Source: a virus
Lineage: Duplodnaviria > Caudoviricetes
IMG/VR virus record: IMGVR_UViG_3300047564_002129
Location: 1-33,138 of that record
DNA: 33,138 nucleotides
Reading direction: 5' to 3' (one strand)
The notes beneath the pieces were generated by a model. That model was not told the origin of the DNA, ran no database searches, and worked only from the letters and a program-made list of their open reading frames with translations. Each line of letters starts with the position of its first letter. Position 1 is the stretch's first letter. Shown piece after piece: positions 25,337 to 33,138 of this stretch. A program made the translations under genes and the position numbers.

Positions 25337-26173
25337 TTATCTACGACCACGGAAAAGGCTTTGCTTGTTATCAGCGGATTCGCCAGCGCCTTTCTTTTCT
25401 GCGCCGTGTCCAGGTTCTTTCTTAGAAAAAGCATTACCTGCTTTGCCGCCTGGGACATTGATATTACCAGCATTGTCTTCTTTAGGTGTACCTTTTAGTA
25501 AACCAGATCCTTTTAATTGACCCTGATTTGCTAATACGCCAGCTTCTTCACCACCTTTGGCAATGTTTGCTGTAGTTCCACCCATATCGTTCTTACCTGC
25601 TACGACAGACTTAGCATTAGCACCATTGTCTCCCATTTTTGCAGTTGGAACTTTTTCTACATATTCACGAACGGTTTCTAAATCAAAATCTTCTTCTTTA
25701 GCAAATGGATTCTCACCTTCTTCACCGCCTTCTTCGCCACCCATGTCGCCGCCCATAGCGTCAAACTTAGCTTGTAGTTCATCTACAATAGCGTCTAAGT
25801 CTTGGAACAATTCTTCTGGCTCTTTATCGCTTAAATCTTCTTCGTCGCCGCCTTCTGCATCTAACTCAGCTTCTAAGTCGTCTGTTGGGTCACCGCCCAT
25901 TTCGTCGCCTTCGTCATCGGCTTCGATAGCGATATCTTCAAATTCTTCGTCTAAATCATCTTCACCTTCTTCGGCTTCTTCGTCTGATGATTCTTCAACT
26001 TCTTCGTCTTCACCTTCTTCGTCTTCTTCTTCAGATAACTCGGATTCGATAAGACCTTCGTAGATCTCACGAGATTTTGCTACAACGTACTCGTGGAATA
26101 ATTCTTCTGCTTTTGCTTGGTCTTCGTTTACTAGACGCTCAAGCATCTGCTCAATTAATGATTTGTCTGCCAT
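25337..26173 (-). CDS. Highly acidic putative prohead core/internal protein
   Basis: 278 aa with a long E/D tract and K/G-rich C-terminus. Position corresponds to T4 core genes 67/68. AAGGAG SD. Confidence 0.7.
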   Translation of the reverse strand: MADKSLIEQMLERLVNEDQAKAEELFHEYVVAKSREIYEGLIESELSEEEDEEGEDEEVEESSDEEAEEGEDDLDEEFEDIAIEADDEGDEMGGDPTDDLEAELDAEGGDEEDLSDKEPEELFQDLDAIVDELQAKFDAMGGDMGGEEGGEEGENPFAKEEDFDLETVREYVEKVPTAKMGDNGANAKSVVAGKNDMGGTTANIAKGGEEAGVLANQGQLKGSGLLKGTPKEDNAGNINVPGGKAGNAFSKKEPGHGAEKKGAGESADNKQSLFRGRR

Positions 26174-26209
26174 GCTATATTCTCCTTCAAGATGGTTAGG
26201 CTGTGCTTT

Positions 26210-26217
26210 TATTTAAC
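26210..26217 (-). promoter_or_regulatory. T4-late-type promoter (GTTAAATA) for the core-protease-scaffold-capsid unit
   Basis: TAAATA in the intergenic gap, 36 nt upstream of the ATG at 26173. Confidence 0.55.
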
Positions 26218-26237
26218 ACTATGATTACAATTTGGGG

Positions 26238-26879
26238 TTAAATGGTAGTTTTTTGAAGATTTTCGCTCGTATAAGTACACCCGGGATAATGATTTTCAAA
26301 TTCTTCATATGATATATGTTTTAAATTTGTTAATTGAATCCCTAACTGATCGGGTATAAATGCAGCAGATGGAACTACCCTATAAAATGTTGTATGCCTA
26401 AATTCTCTAATAGTTTTTTCTGTTTGCGTTAACCAATTTCCGTGAAATGTAGCAACGTCAGAACTCTTTTTATAATTGTATGTATTGGCATAAACATTGT
26501 TAAATTTACCGTTCAATCCTTGATAATCAAATCCAAAAATATAAATTTCTTTATGGCCGTGACTACATGCAAACCATAAAGCTGTTGGGCCTGAGCTCCA
26601 ACCTTTATGGGGATTAAACAAGTTAATATAATGCTTTGTAGATAATCCTTTATTAGGATTAGTCCATACAGAATTTTTTTTATGATAGCCACTAGCTACT
26701 ATTTCATTGACCATTTTTACGTCAACTGCTATAAGATAATGCGGAGAAAATTCTCGATATATGGCATTACACCCGTATACCATTCCTTTATCTAATAGAT
26801 TAGTGTGGTTTAAATTTAATCGGCTTGTACCATTTCCAAGTACAAATGCTGGTTTATTCGGTTGGTTGCTCTGCTTCAC
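26238..26879 (-). CDS. DUF115/Maf-like (sialyltransferase-fold) putative glycosyltransferase
   Basis: AFVLGNGTSR..YGCNAIYR...PHYLIAVD..WSSGPTAL..A...GHKEIYIFGFD motifs. Start re-called to the GTG at 26879 (GGAG 9 nt upstream) instead of the ATG at 26939. Confidence 0.65.
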   Translation of the reverse strand: MKQSNQPNKPAFVLGNGTSRLNLNHTNLLDKGMVYGCNAIYREFSPHYLIAVDVKMVNEIVASGYHKKNSVWTNPNKGLSTKHYINLFNPHKGWSSGPTALWFACSHGHKEIYIFGFDYQGLNGKFNNVYANTYNYKKSSDVATFHGNWLTQTEKTIREFRHTTFYRVVPSAAFIPDQLGIQLTNLKHISYEEFENHYPGCTYTSENLQKTTI

Positions 26880-27105
26880 CTGCTGGGGCTCCGTACATCT
26901 GTCTAACAAAGTCCAGCTCGCTTTCACGCTCGTATTCATGAGCCTCGCTTTGCATTCTTAATTGATTTATCTGTCTTAGAGTCAAGCGAATTTTTCTTGT
27001 ATCACTTTTTTTAAGAACAGATTTATCTTTGGCGTTGTCGTATCGACGATCAACTGCAAAGTCGTTATTGTTGTCATTAAAATAAAGGAATTCAAGTAGA
27101 AGCAT
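26854..27105 (-). CDS. Small protein downstream of portal (putative head assembly/core protein)
   Basis: 83 aa, KSDTRKIRLTLRQINQLR...VRQMYG. Confidence 0.7.
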   Translation of the reverse strand: MLLLEFLYFNDNNNDFAVDRRYDNAKDKSVLKKSDTRKIRLTLRQINQLRMQSEAHEYERESELDFVRQMYGAPAGEAEQPTE

Positions 27106-27109
27106 AATG

Positions 27110-27117
27110 TATTTATT
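27110..27117 (-). promoter_or_regulatory. T4-late-type promoter (AATAAATA), 4 nt upstream of ATG
   Basis: Overlaps the portal stop codon; no SD between the box and the ATG. Confidence 0.55.
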
Positions 27118-28813
27118 ACTGAGCCGGTTGTTCTTCTGGTGCTGCTGCGGCTTCTGCTCCTGTGTCAGCAGGAGCTTCTACAGGTGCTTCTTCTTCTTGA
27201 CCTGCAACATCAGCAGCTATTCCGTTGGGAGTAATCCCAACAGATCTTAATTGACTAGCAGAATCAAGTGCTGGCGTTAATTTTCCGCCATTCTCTTCTC
27301 GCCATAGTTTTTCATTCTCTTTAATTTCTTCTTCAGTTAATCCTAAGAATCGCTTAAGAGCAAATCTCTTGCTTAAATGCGGCATTTCTTGTAATGATAC
27401 AAACGTTGCTGCTCTTGCTGTGTCAAGTTCTGATTGGCGATATGCAGCAAAATTTTGTGGTGGATTAAATTTAATTTCAAATAAGCTGTTGTCAATATTA
27501 ATACCGTTATTGTACAACCAATACTTAAATTCCTGATCAAATGTTTCAACTACCATCGATTGCAAACGTTCGCAATATTTGTTGAAGCGTAGTTCTTGAA
27601 TATATGCCGTGCCTACTTTTCCGTCAGCAACGGTATTACTAGCATCGTCGACTGAAGTTGGCAAGTAGCTGCTAGGAATACGCAAGGCTCGGAATAGTTT
27701 ATTTGTGAAATAACGTAAGTCTGTAATTTCACCAAGATTAGTACCGCCAGGTAATGTTTCTACTTTAGATCCACGACCTTCTGCTGTCTGTGGGAAGAAA
27801 TAGTCTTCTGACACTGATAGCGGATTATAGCTTGCATCAACCATGTTTTGGCCGCCACCTGTTGATGAAGGAATACGACGTTGATGTATTTCGTTTTTAA
27901 CACGTTCAACGAATGCCATAGCCATGTGTGCTGGCATGTTACCCACATCTACATAGAAAATTCTACGCTCAGGAGCACGTTGTATACGATAGATAATGAT
28001 AGCATCTTCAAGCAATTCTTTCTGTTTATAAACTTTGAATACTGATTCCAGTAACGAATTGCCAAACGGATAATTGTTGTCTAGACCTTCGCTTAGACTT
28101 ATGTGTATAACATTTTTTGCATCTACGGTTACTTCATTAGTTTGATTATGAAATCTTGTTCCTGGTGGTTGCGCTGCCGTACCAACCATTCCTCGTCCAA
28201 AACCTCCGCCCGATGTATATGAACTTGTTCCACTAGGTGCAGTATTGCTTGTACCGTGTGGCGTAACAGCAATCATTTCTTTAAAGTTAAAATTTACATC
28301 ACGAATTACATATTGTTCAGGAATCTTACCTTCGCTTTCGTTGACAATTATTTTTGAAACTTTGGCAGCATCAACGAATAACCATTTTAATGTCTGAGGA
28401 TCTCTAACAAAAAAACAATCGCCGTATTTGAAAGCATTACGCACGATGCGGAAAATTCTAGTTTCAAATTGCTGTTGCTTACTCCATTTTTGTAGACTTT
28501 CTTTGATCAACTTAACTTCAGTTGAAGTAGGTTGACCTCTAAAGAAAATATGAAAGGCTGTGGCATTTTCTTTGTCTTTTTGAGTGCAGAACTCAGCAAG
28601 GATGTCCAAAGCAGCGTTAACTTCTGAATCCATGTCCATAGTATCGTACTGCATGTATCTTTCAACACGATTTGGAGCTCCTGCATAAACATCTGGTAAA
28701 AAACTAGAATAATTAGATCGTGCAGGTCCCGGGCGGCCACCACTAGCAATTGGGCTATAACTTCCAGATTGGTTATCTATGTTAACCGGTGTAAAATATT
28801 TTTTCCAAGACAC
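27116..28813 (-). CDS. gp20: Portal protein (T4 gp20-like)
   Basis: LLEDAIIIYRIQRAPERRIFYVDVGNMP, EDYFFP...GRGSKVETLPGG.NLGEI.D..YF..KL.RAL.IP.S, ELRFNKY..RLQ. GTG start. Confidence 0.97.
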   Translation of the reverse strand: MSWKKYFTPVNIDNQSGSYSPIASGGRPGPARSNYSSFLPDVYAGAPNRVERYMQYDTMDMDSEVNAALDILAEFCTQKDKENATAFHIFFRGQPTSTEVKLIKESLQKWSKQQQFETRIFRIVRNAFKYGDCFFVRDPQTLKWLFVDAAKVSKIIVNESEGKIPEQYVIRDVNFNFKEMIAVTPHGTSNTAPSGTSSYTSGGGFGRGMVGTAAQPPGTRFHNQTNEVTVDAKNVIHISLSEGLDNNYPFGNSLLESVFKVYKQKELLEDAIIIYRIQRAPERRIFYVDVGNMPAHMAMAFVERVKNEIHQRRIPSSTGGGQNMVDASYNPLSVSEDYFFPQTAEGRGSKVETLPGGTNLGEITDLRYFTNKLFRALRIPSSYLPTSVDDASNTVADGKVGTAYIQELRFNKYCERLQSMVVETFDQEFKYWLYNNGINIDNSLFEIKFNPPQNFAAYRQSELDTARAATFVSLQEMPHLSKRFALKRFLGLTEEEIKENEKLWREENGGKLTPALDSASQLRSVGITPNGIAADVAGQEEEAPVEAPADTGAEAAAAPEEQPAQ

Positions 28814-28827
28814 TATCTTAGTTCCTT

Positions 28828-31800
28828 TTAGGACGACATAAACATGTCGCCGCCCATTGTTCTTTGTACTCTTAATTGACTTTCATTTAAGTCAACCGCG
28901 GTTCTACTAATACTAATTAATGTACCCATCTGCATATTTAACCTTTCTAACAATGCTACAGCTTCGTTTAGGCTCGAAATTCCACCTGCTCCAGGAGCAC
29001 CTGATCCAGGAACAACTGGAGGAGATTGGGTAGTAGGAGCAGAAGCTGAAGCAACAGATGATGCTGCCGCTGTTGTTGCCGCTGTTGCCGTTGGAGTTAC
29101 TGCTGATGCTACAGATGTTCCGCTAGGAGTAACAGGGGCTGATCCCCCTGCTAATAATCCTAAAATATCTTGTTGTTCTTTTCCAAATCTGTTAACTACG
29201 CCGGCTTGTACATTAGCAGTACTGCCTCCAAAATGTTTTTTACCGCCATCGGCACCTCTTTCTGCATATACAGCCTTTACAAGCTGTTCATCAGTCATGC
29301 CTGGTTTGAAAACGCTGTTAAAGATTTTCATTGCACCACCAGGCCCGTGTTGCACAGCGGTACTAAACAACATTTCTTGAAGAGCTCGACTACCGTTAAT
29401 TCTTGCCTGTAGACCTTGATCTTTTAGGCCTTTTAGAGCTGTTCCGTATCCTTGTCCTAAAAATTCATTTTCGCTGTTGCCCAATGCACCACTAGCTGCA
29501 ACTTCTTTCCACACGTCAACTGCTTTACCACTAGTACTGCCAGTGTCTTTTTCTATACCTGCATCACGTAATTTTTTAGCAACATCACCTTTTCCTGTCT
29601 TTTCAAGGAATTTAAGAAAATCGGTCATTGCTCCGGCTCTGGACGAAATTTGTTTTTTACCGTAGCTAGTACCTCCTACTTTATCCCATCCAACGGTTCC
29701 GCTGCCTCGGCCTGCTGATTCATATTTTTCTGCTACTGCTCCTAGACCAGTGCCAATTGCAGATGCGCCGGGTATTTCCGCCACTGGTGCTGATCCAGAT
29801 GTTGTTCCAGACGGTGCTGCAACCTGAGGAGCTCCGGCTCCTCCTTCTCTTACTGCTTTAAAGGAATTGTATAATGCTTGTGGACTACTGAAATCTAATC
29901 CTTTTTTCTTAGCAGCTTCTTCTGCTGCTTTAGCTTCTTCTGCTTTTTTTGCAGCATCTAATTCTGCTTTTTTTGCATCGTCTAAGGCTTTAGTGGTAGT
30001 TGTTAATCCTTCTTGTACTTTTTTGCTGTTGGCTGCTAGTCTAGCTTCAATTTCTGCTTTTTTCTTTTCAGCGTCGGCTAGTGCTGCTGCTGCTTCGGCA
30101 GAATCTCGATCGGCTGCTGCTTTGGCCTTGGCTGCGGCAATAGCACTTAATTGAGCGTTTAAATCTTTTTTAAGTTGTTCTTGCTTTTGTTCAGCTAATG
30201 CTAATTCTTGTTTATGAGCGTCTGCAATTGCACTAAGCTCTTTTTGGTCTGCTAAGGCAGATGGTGAGCCTGCAGACGATGTTGTAGTTGTAGTTGTAGA
30301 TGCAGTTGTTGTAGGTGCGGTGCCTCCGGCTGCATTTTTCTTTTTTAAATATTCTGTTTCTGCTAGTATTCTATCATGTTTAGCCCGTTCAGCTAGTTTA
30401 TCTAATCCAATAAAACTTCCTACACTTTCAACACTTCTTGCAAGACCGCTTTGTGCTTTTTCCCACCAAGATGCAGCTTTCCAATTTGCTTCATCTTGCT
30501 TGGCCATGTCTTCAGTAACTTCTCTCGAAGCACCAGCCGCATCCATTAGGCTGTCAGTTACGGTTCCTGTTGCATACGCCAATGCACCAAATATAGTTGC
30601 TGAAGTAGCGACGTCGATCGCTGTTCCAACAGCTCCGCCGCCAACTCCAGCGGCATCGGCGGCAACTTGTGCTGCGGCACTTTTTCCGCCTTTTGGTTTT
30701 CGTCCTGTGCCGCCTTTACCGCCTTTTGGTCCACTTTTTCTACGACGTCGGCGTCCGCCACCACCACCTCCGCCAGCATCTCTAACATACATTGCATTTG
30801 CTGGACTAGAACCTCTTAAATTAGCTTTCCATTCTCTTATTTTTAATGCGGCATTAAACAATGCTGAAGCAATTTTTAGACCGCCTAATATCACTACCGT
30901 TTCTTTGAGGTACTTCATCAAAAACTCAAATCCAGGTAATACCCATTGTTCAACAAATCCGGCTAACTTTTTAAAAGCAGCTTCTAAATCGGGCAAATAT
31001 TTTGCCACGGTCTGTGTAATTCTGTTATTAATTTCAGCAATTAATTGTTGGAATCTTTGTAGTTGTGCCGGATCTAATGCTTCTTTACCCGCTTCTGCTC
31101 GTTTTCTAGCAGCTTCTAAATCGTCTGCTTGTTTTTTTTGTACATCAGTTAAATTACCAGCCTGTGCTGATAAGTTATGACTATCTAAAACTAATTGCTG
31201 TTGGATGCTGTTGCCAGTATTAGCTAATAATTTAGCTGTCCCTGTCTTTTTAAACTCGTTAGCTTCATTCCTAATAGTTGAATATGCATCGTTGATAGTT
31301 TTTTGAGATACGGTTCCTGTAGCGTTTATTTCTTGGAATATCTGATTGGCATTACCTGCAGATTTTTGCATAAATGTTGCAAATTCTCTACCTGCATCAG
31401 TAGTTGCTCCACCAAATGCAATATATTCTTTCATACCTTTTTGCATCGACGGAGGTAATGACAGCATCAATTTGTTAAGTTCAGCGGCTCCTTTTGGATC
31501 CATTTCAGCTAACTTAGTTCGATATGCTGCATCGTTCATCAAGGCATCTTGTTCTGCCTGTAGTGCATCCTTACTCTTACCAGTCAATTTAGATAGTGCA
31601 TCTAAATTTTTAAGATATTCTCCGCTGCCTGCAATTAACTGAGCATCGGTTTGTCCTTGTAATTTACCAGTCTTACCAAGTATACTGACATACTTGGCCA
31701 TTCCGTTATTGATATCTTCAGTAGTATAACCTAGTCTAGCTAAATCAGCATTTAATGGATTTGTTCGAATCTTAGCGCCAAGTTCAGCTAAACGTTTGGC

Positions 31801-32502
31801 ACCGTCTCCTGCACCTTGTGCTAACATAGCTAATGATTCGCCGTTCTTTGCTAAGACTCCCGCAAACTGATCAAAAGTCATACCTGCACTAGTAGCAGAA
31901 TTGATCATGTCATTGATACTACCACCAAAGTTTGCACCTACACTAGATGCCTGTTGAAATGCCTTATAAGTTCTTTCACCTGCTTGTGCAATAACACCAA
32001 ATGTGCTGGCCAGCATATTTCCAACTAAAGGAATCGCACCCATGGCCTGTGCAGCCGAACTCATACTAGAATTTAAATTAGAAAATGTACCAATTGTTTT
32101 TGTCAAATACCCAATTGAATCTTCTAACCTGCCAGTCCATTTATCAAGCGTTGCTAAGTTTTTTTCTAGACTTTTTGTTTCTTCGTCGTATAATTTTTTA
32201 GCCTTGGCTTTAGCTTCTCTTTCAGCTTCTGCTTGTTCCGCTTGTTTTTTTTGTGCCTCTGTTAATTTTTTTATTCCAGCAATTTGCGCATTCTGAGCTT
32301 TGTCTGCATCGCTAGCAGTTTTTGCTAACTTTCTTAATTGAGCTTCTAGGTCTTTTTGAGTTTTATTGTCAGCTTTGGTGCCTTTGTTCTGCATGGCAAC
32401 TGAAGCCAGCATGGCCTGCAGAAGCTGTTTTAACGTAGCTTCGGTAGCTGCATTGTTTAATTGGATTGGTTGACCACCAAGATCGCCTGTGACTTCTGCC
32501 AT
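28828..32502 (-). CDS. Tape measure/baseplate hub protein with C-terminal lysozyme-like (VgrG3-type) domain
   Basis: 1224 aa, Ala/Gln/Lys-rich and helical. LGAVAEKYES..G.G.V..D..GG.SYG..Q...STAVQHGP...VYAER...RF..E resembles the VgrG3 C-terminal muramidase. Lies divergent from a gp26-like gene. Confidence 0.7.
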   Translation of the reverse strand: MAEVTGDLGGQPIQLNNAATEATLKQLLQAMLASVAMQNKGTKADNKTQKDLEAQLRKLAKTASDADKAQNAQIAGIKKLTEAQKKQAEQAEAEREAKAKAKKLYDEETKSLEKNLATLDKWTGRLEDSIGYLTKTIGTFSNLNSSMSSAAQAMGAIPLVGNMLASTFGVIAQAGERTYKAFQQASSVGANFGGSINDMINSATSAGMTFDQFAGVLAKNGESLAMLAQGAGDGAKRLAELGAKIRTNPLNADLARLGYTTEDINNGMAKYVSILGKTGKLQGQTDAQLIAGSGEYLKNLDALSKLTGKSKDALQAEQDALMNDAAYRTKLAEMDPKGAAELNKLMLSLPPSMQKGMKEYIAFGGATTDAGREFATFMQKSAGNANQIFQEINATGTVSQKTINDAYSTIRNEANEFKKTGTAKLLANTGNSIQQQLVLDSHNLSAQAGNLTDVQKKQADDLEAARKRAEAGKEALDPAQLQRFQQLIAEINNRITQTVAKYLPDLEAAFKKLAGFVEQWVLPGFEFLMKYLKETVVILGGLKIASALFNAALKIREWKANLRGSSPANAMYVRDAGGGGGGGRRRRRKSGPKGGKGGTGRKPKGGKSAAAQVAADAAGVGGGAVGTAIDVATSATIFGALAYATGTVTDSLMDAAGASREVTEDMAKQDEANWKAASWWEKAQSGLARSVESVGSFIGLDKLAERAKHDRILAETEYLKKKNAAGGTAPTTTASTTTTTTSSAGSPSALADQKELSAIADAHKQELALAEQKQEQLKKDLNAQLSAIAAAKAKAAADRDSAEAAAALADAEKKKAEIEARLAANSKKVQEGLTTTTKALDDAKKAELDAAKKAEEAKAAEEAAKKKGLDFSSPQALYNSFKAVREGGAGAPQVAAPSGTTSGSAPVAEIPGASAIGTGLGAVAEKYESAGRGSGTVGWDKVGGTSYGKKQISSRAGAMTDFLKFLEKTGKGDVAKKLRDAGIEKDTGSTSGKAVDVWKEVAASGALGNSENEFLGQGYGTALKGLKDQGLQARINGSRALQEMLFSTAVQHGPGGAMKIFNSVFKPGMTDEQLVKAVYAERGADGGKKHFGGSTANVQAGVVNRFGKEQQDILGLLAGGSAPVTPSGTSVASAVTPTATAATTAAASSVASASAPTTQSPPVVPGSGAPGAGGISSLNEAVALLERLNMQMGTLISISRTAVDLNESQLRVQRTMGGDMFMSS

Positions 32503-32528
32503 TTAGTAAAAATCCTAAAAACTGCGCA

Positions 32529-32536
32529 TATAAATA
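32529..32536 (+). promoter_or_regulatory. T4 late promoter TATAAATA for the gp26-like gene
   Basis: Perfect consensus, 33 nt upstream of the ATG at 32570. Confidence 0.75.
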
Positions 32537-32551
32537 TATGTGTAGATAAAG

Positions 32552-32559
32552 TATTTATC
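32552..32559 (-). promoter_or_regulatory. T4-late-type promoter (GATAAATA) for the tape measure-portal unit
   Basis: ATAAATA about 50 nt upstream of the ATG at 32502. Confidence 0.6.
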
Positions 32560-32569
32560 GGAGATAAAA

Positions 32570-33138
32570 ATGCCAGATCAAACCATTCCACAACCGGTTA
32601 AAAAGCCAGTTAATAATCCACTTGCCAATTATTTTAGGCAACCAAAATTGTATATTAAATTACCCAGTCACGGAGCATTCTATCCCGAAGGGGCACTGGA
32701 CGTTAGTCAAAATGAAGAGTACGCAGTATTTGCTATGACTGCTAAAGACGAGTTGATGTTTAAAACTCCAGATGCATTAATGAACGGACAAGCTACCGTT
32801 GAAGTTATTAGAAGCTGTGTCCCGGCTATTAAAAATCCTTGGGCAATGCCTAGTATTGATATAGACTCTATATTGATTGCTATTAGAATTGCGTCGTACG
32901 GTGAAAATATGGATGTTAGCAGTGGTTGTCCTTCCTGCGGACATCAAAACGACTACGAGCTTAACCTTCTATCGTTTTTAGATAAAACCAACAGCTTTGA
33001 ATATAAAAGCATGTTAACTATAGATCAATTGACTATTAATCTTCGTCCGTATAATTATAAAGAACTTACACAGGCAGCAATTAAAACATTTGAACAACAA
33101 AAATTAATTTCAATTGTAACCAATGATGAGTTAACCGA
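32570..33138 (+). CDS. gp26: Baseplate hub assembly protein (T4 gp26-like), 3'-truncated
   Basis: Not in the ORF track. Manual translation MPDQTIPQPVKKPVNNPLANYFRQPKLYIKLPSHG.FY...MTAKDEL..KTPDALMNG...D.D.ILIAIRIASYGE.MDV...CPSCG, open to the window edge. GGAG SD. Confidence 0.75.
   Translation, partial: MPDQTIPQPVKKPVNNPLANYFRQPKLYIKLPSHGAFYPEGALDVSQNEEYAVFAMTAKDELMFKTPDALMNGQATVEVIRSCVPAIKNPWAMPSIDIDSILIAIRIASYGENMDVSSGCPSCGHQNDYELNLLSFLDKTNSFEYKSMLTIDQLTINLRPYNYKELTQAAIKTFEQQKLISIVTNDELT

Noticed and set aside
25557-26063. Ser-rich 168-aa plus-strand ORF
   Set aside because: Reverse complement of the GAA/GAC-rich acidic tract.
26880-26939. ATG start at 26939 for the DUF115-like gene
   Set aside because: It would give an 86-nt overlap and an unconvincing N-terminus. 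The GTG at 26879 has a GGAG and sits just before the first motif. No slippery site was seen to support a frameshift fusion.
30281-30314. GTTGTA-like short tandem repeat
   Set aside because: It simply encodes a poly-Thr linker.
30320-31180. 286-aa plus-strand ORF (also 29477, 29867, 31346, 32003)
   Set aside because: Antisense shadows of the tape measure gene caused by codon bias; low-complexity mirror sequence with no recognisable motifs.
1-33138. Stop-codon recoding, introns/inteins, tRNAs, CRISPR arrays
   Set aside because: Core genes are intact and of expected length in the standard code, intergenic gaps are short, and no cloverleaf or repeat-spacer pattern was seen.

Overview
This window is a virion-morphogenesis region of a large T4-like (gp20/gp21/gp22/gp23-type) myophage, AT-rich and in the standard genetic code. 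Almost all genes are on the minus strand. In transcription order they are: a tape-measure/baseplate-hub protein with a C-terminal lysozyme-like domain; portal; a small conserved protein; a DUF115/sialyltransferase-like protein; an acidic core protein; prohead protease; scaffold; major capsid protein; a UUCG terminator; an 88-aa ORF plus a GT25 glycosyltransferase; a series of fibre/adaptor-like structural genes; two giant paralogous fibre proteins (1816 and 2789 aa); and tandem Cys/Gly-rich proteins. A gp26-like baseplate hub gene begins divergently at the right edge. T4-late-type TAAATA boxes precede most transcription units. Signals not explained by this annotation: (1) apparent complete absence of ACWGT while ACSGT is abundant, (2) phycobiliprotein-like C-x-R-D repeats in a fibre protein, (3) two structured 5' leaders, (4) glycosyltransferases embedded in the head module, (5) a repeated pairing of a hydrophobic C-terminal tail with a small downstream beta-rich protein, and (6) paralogs with about 10% Cys. 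All family assignments are by-eye motif recognition; no searches were run.
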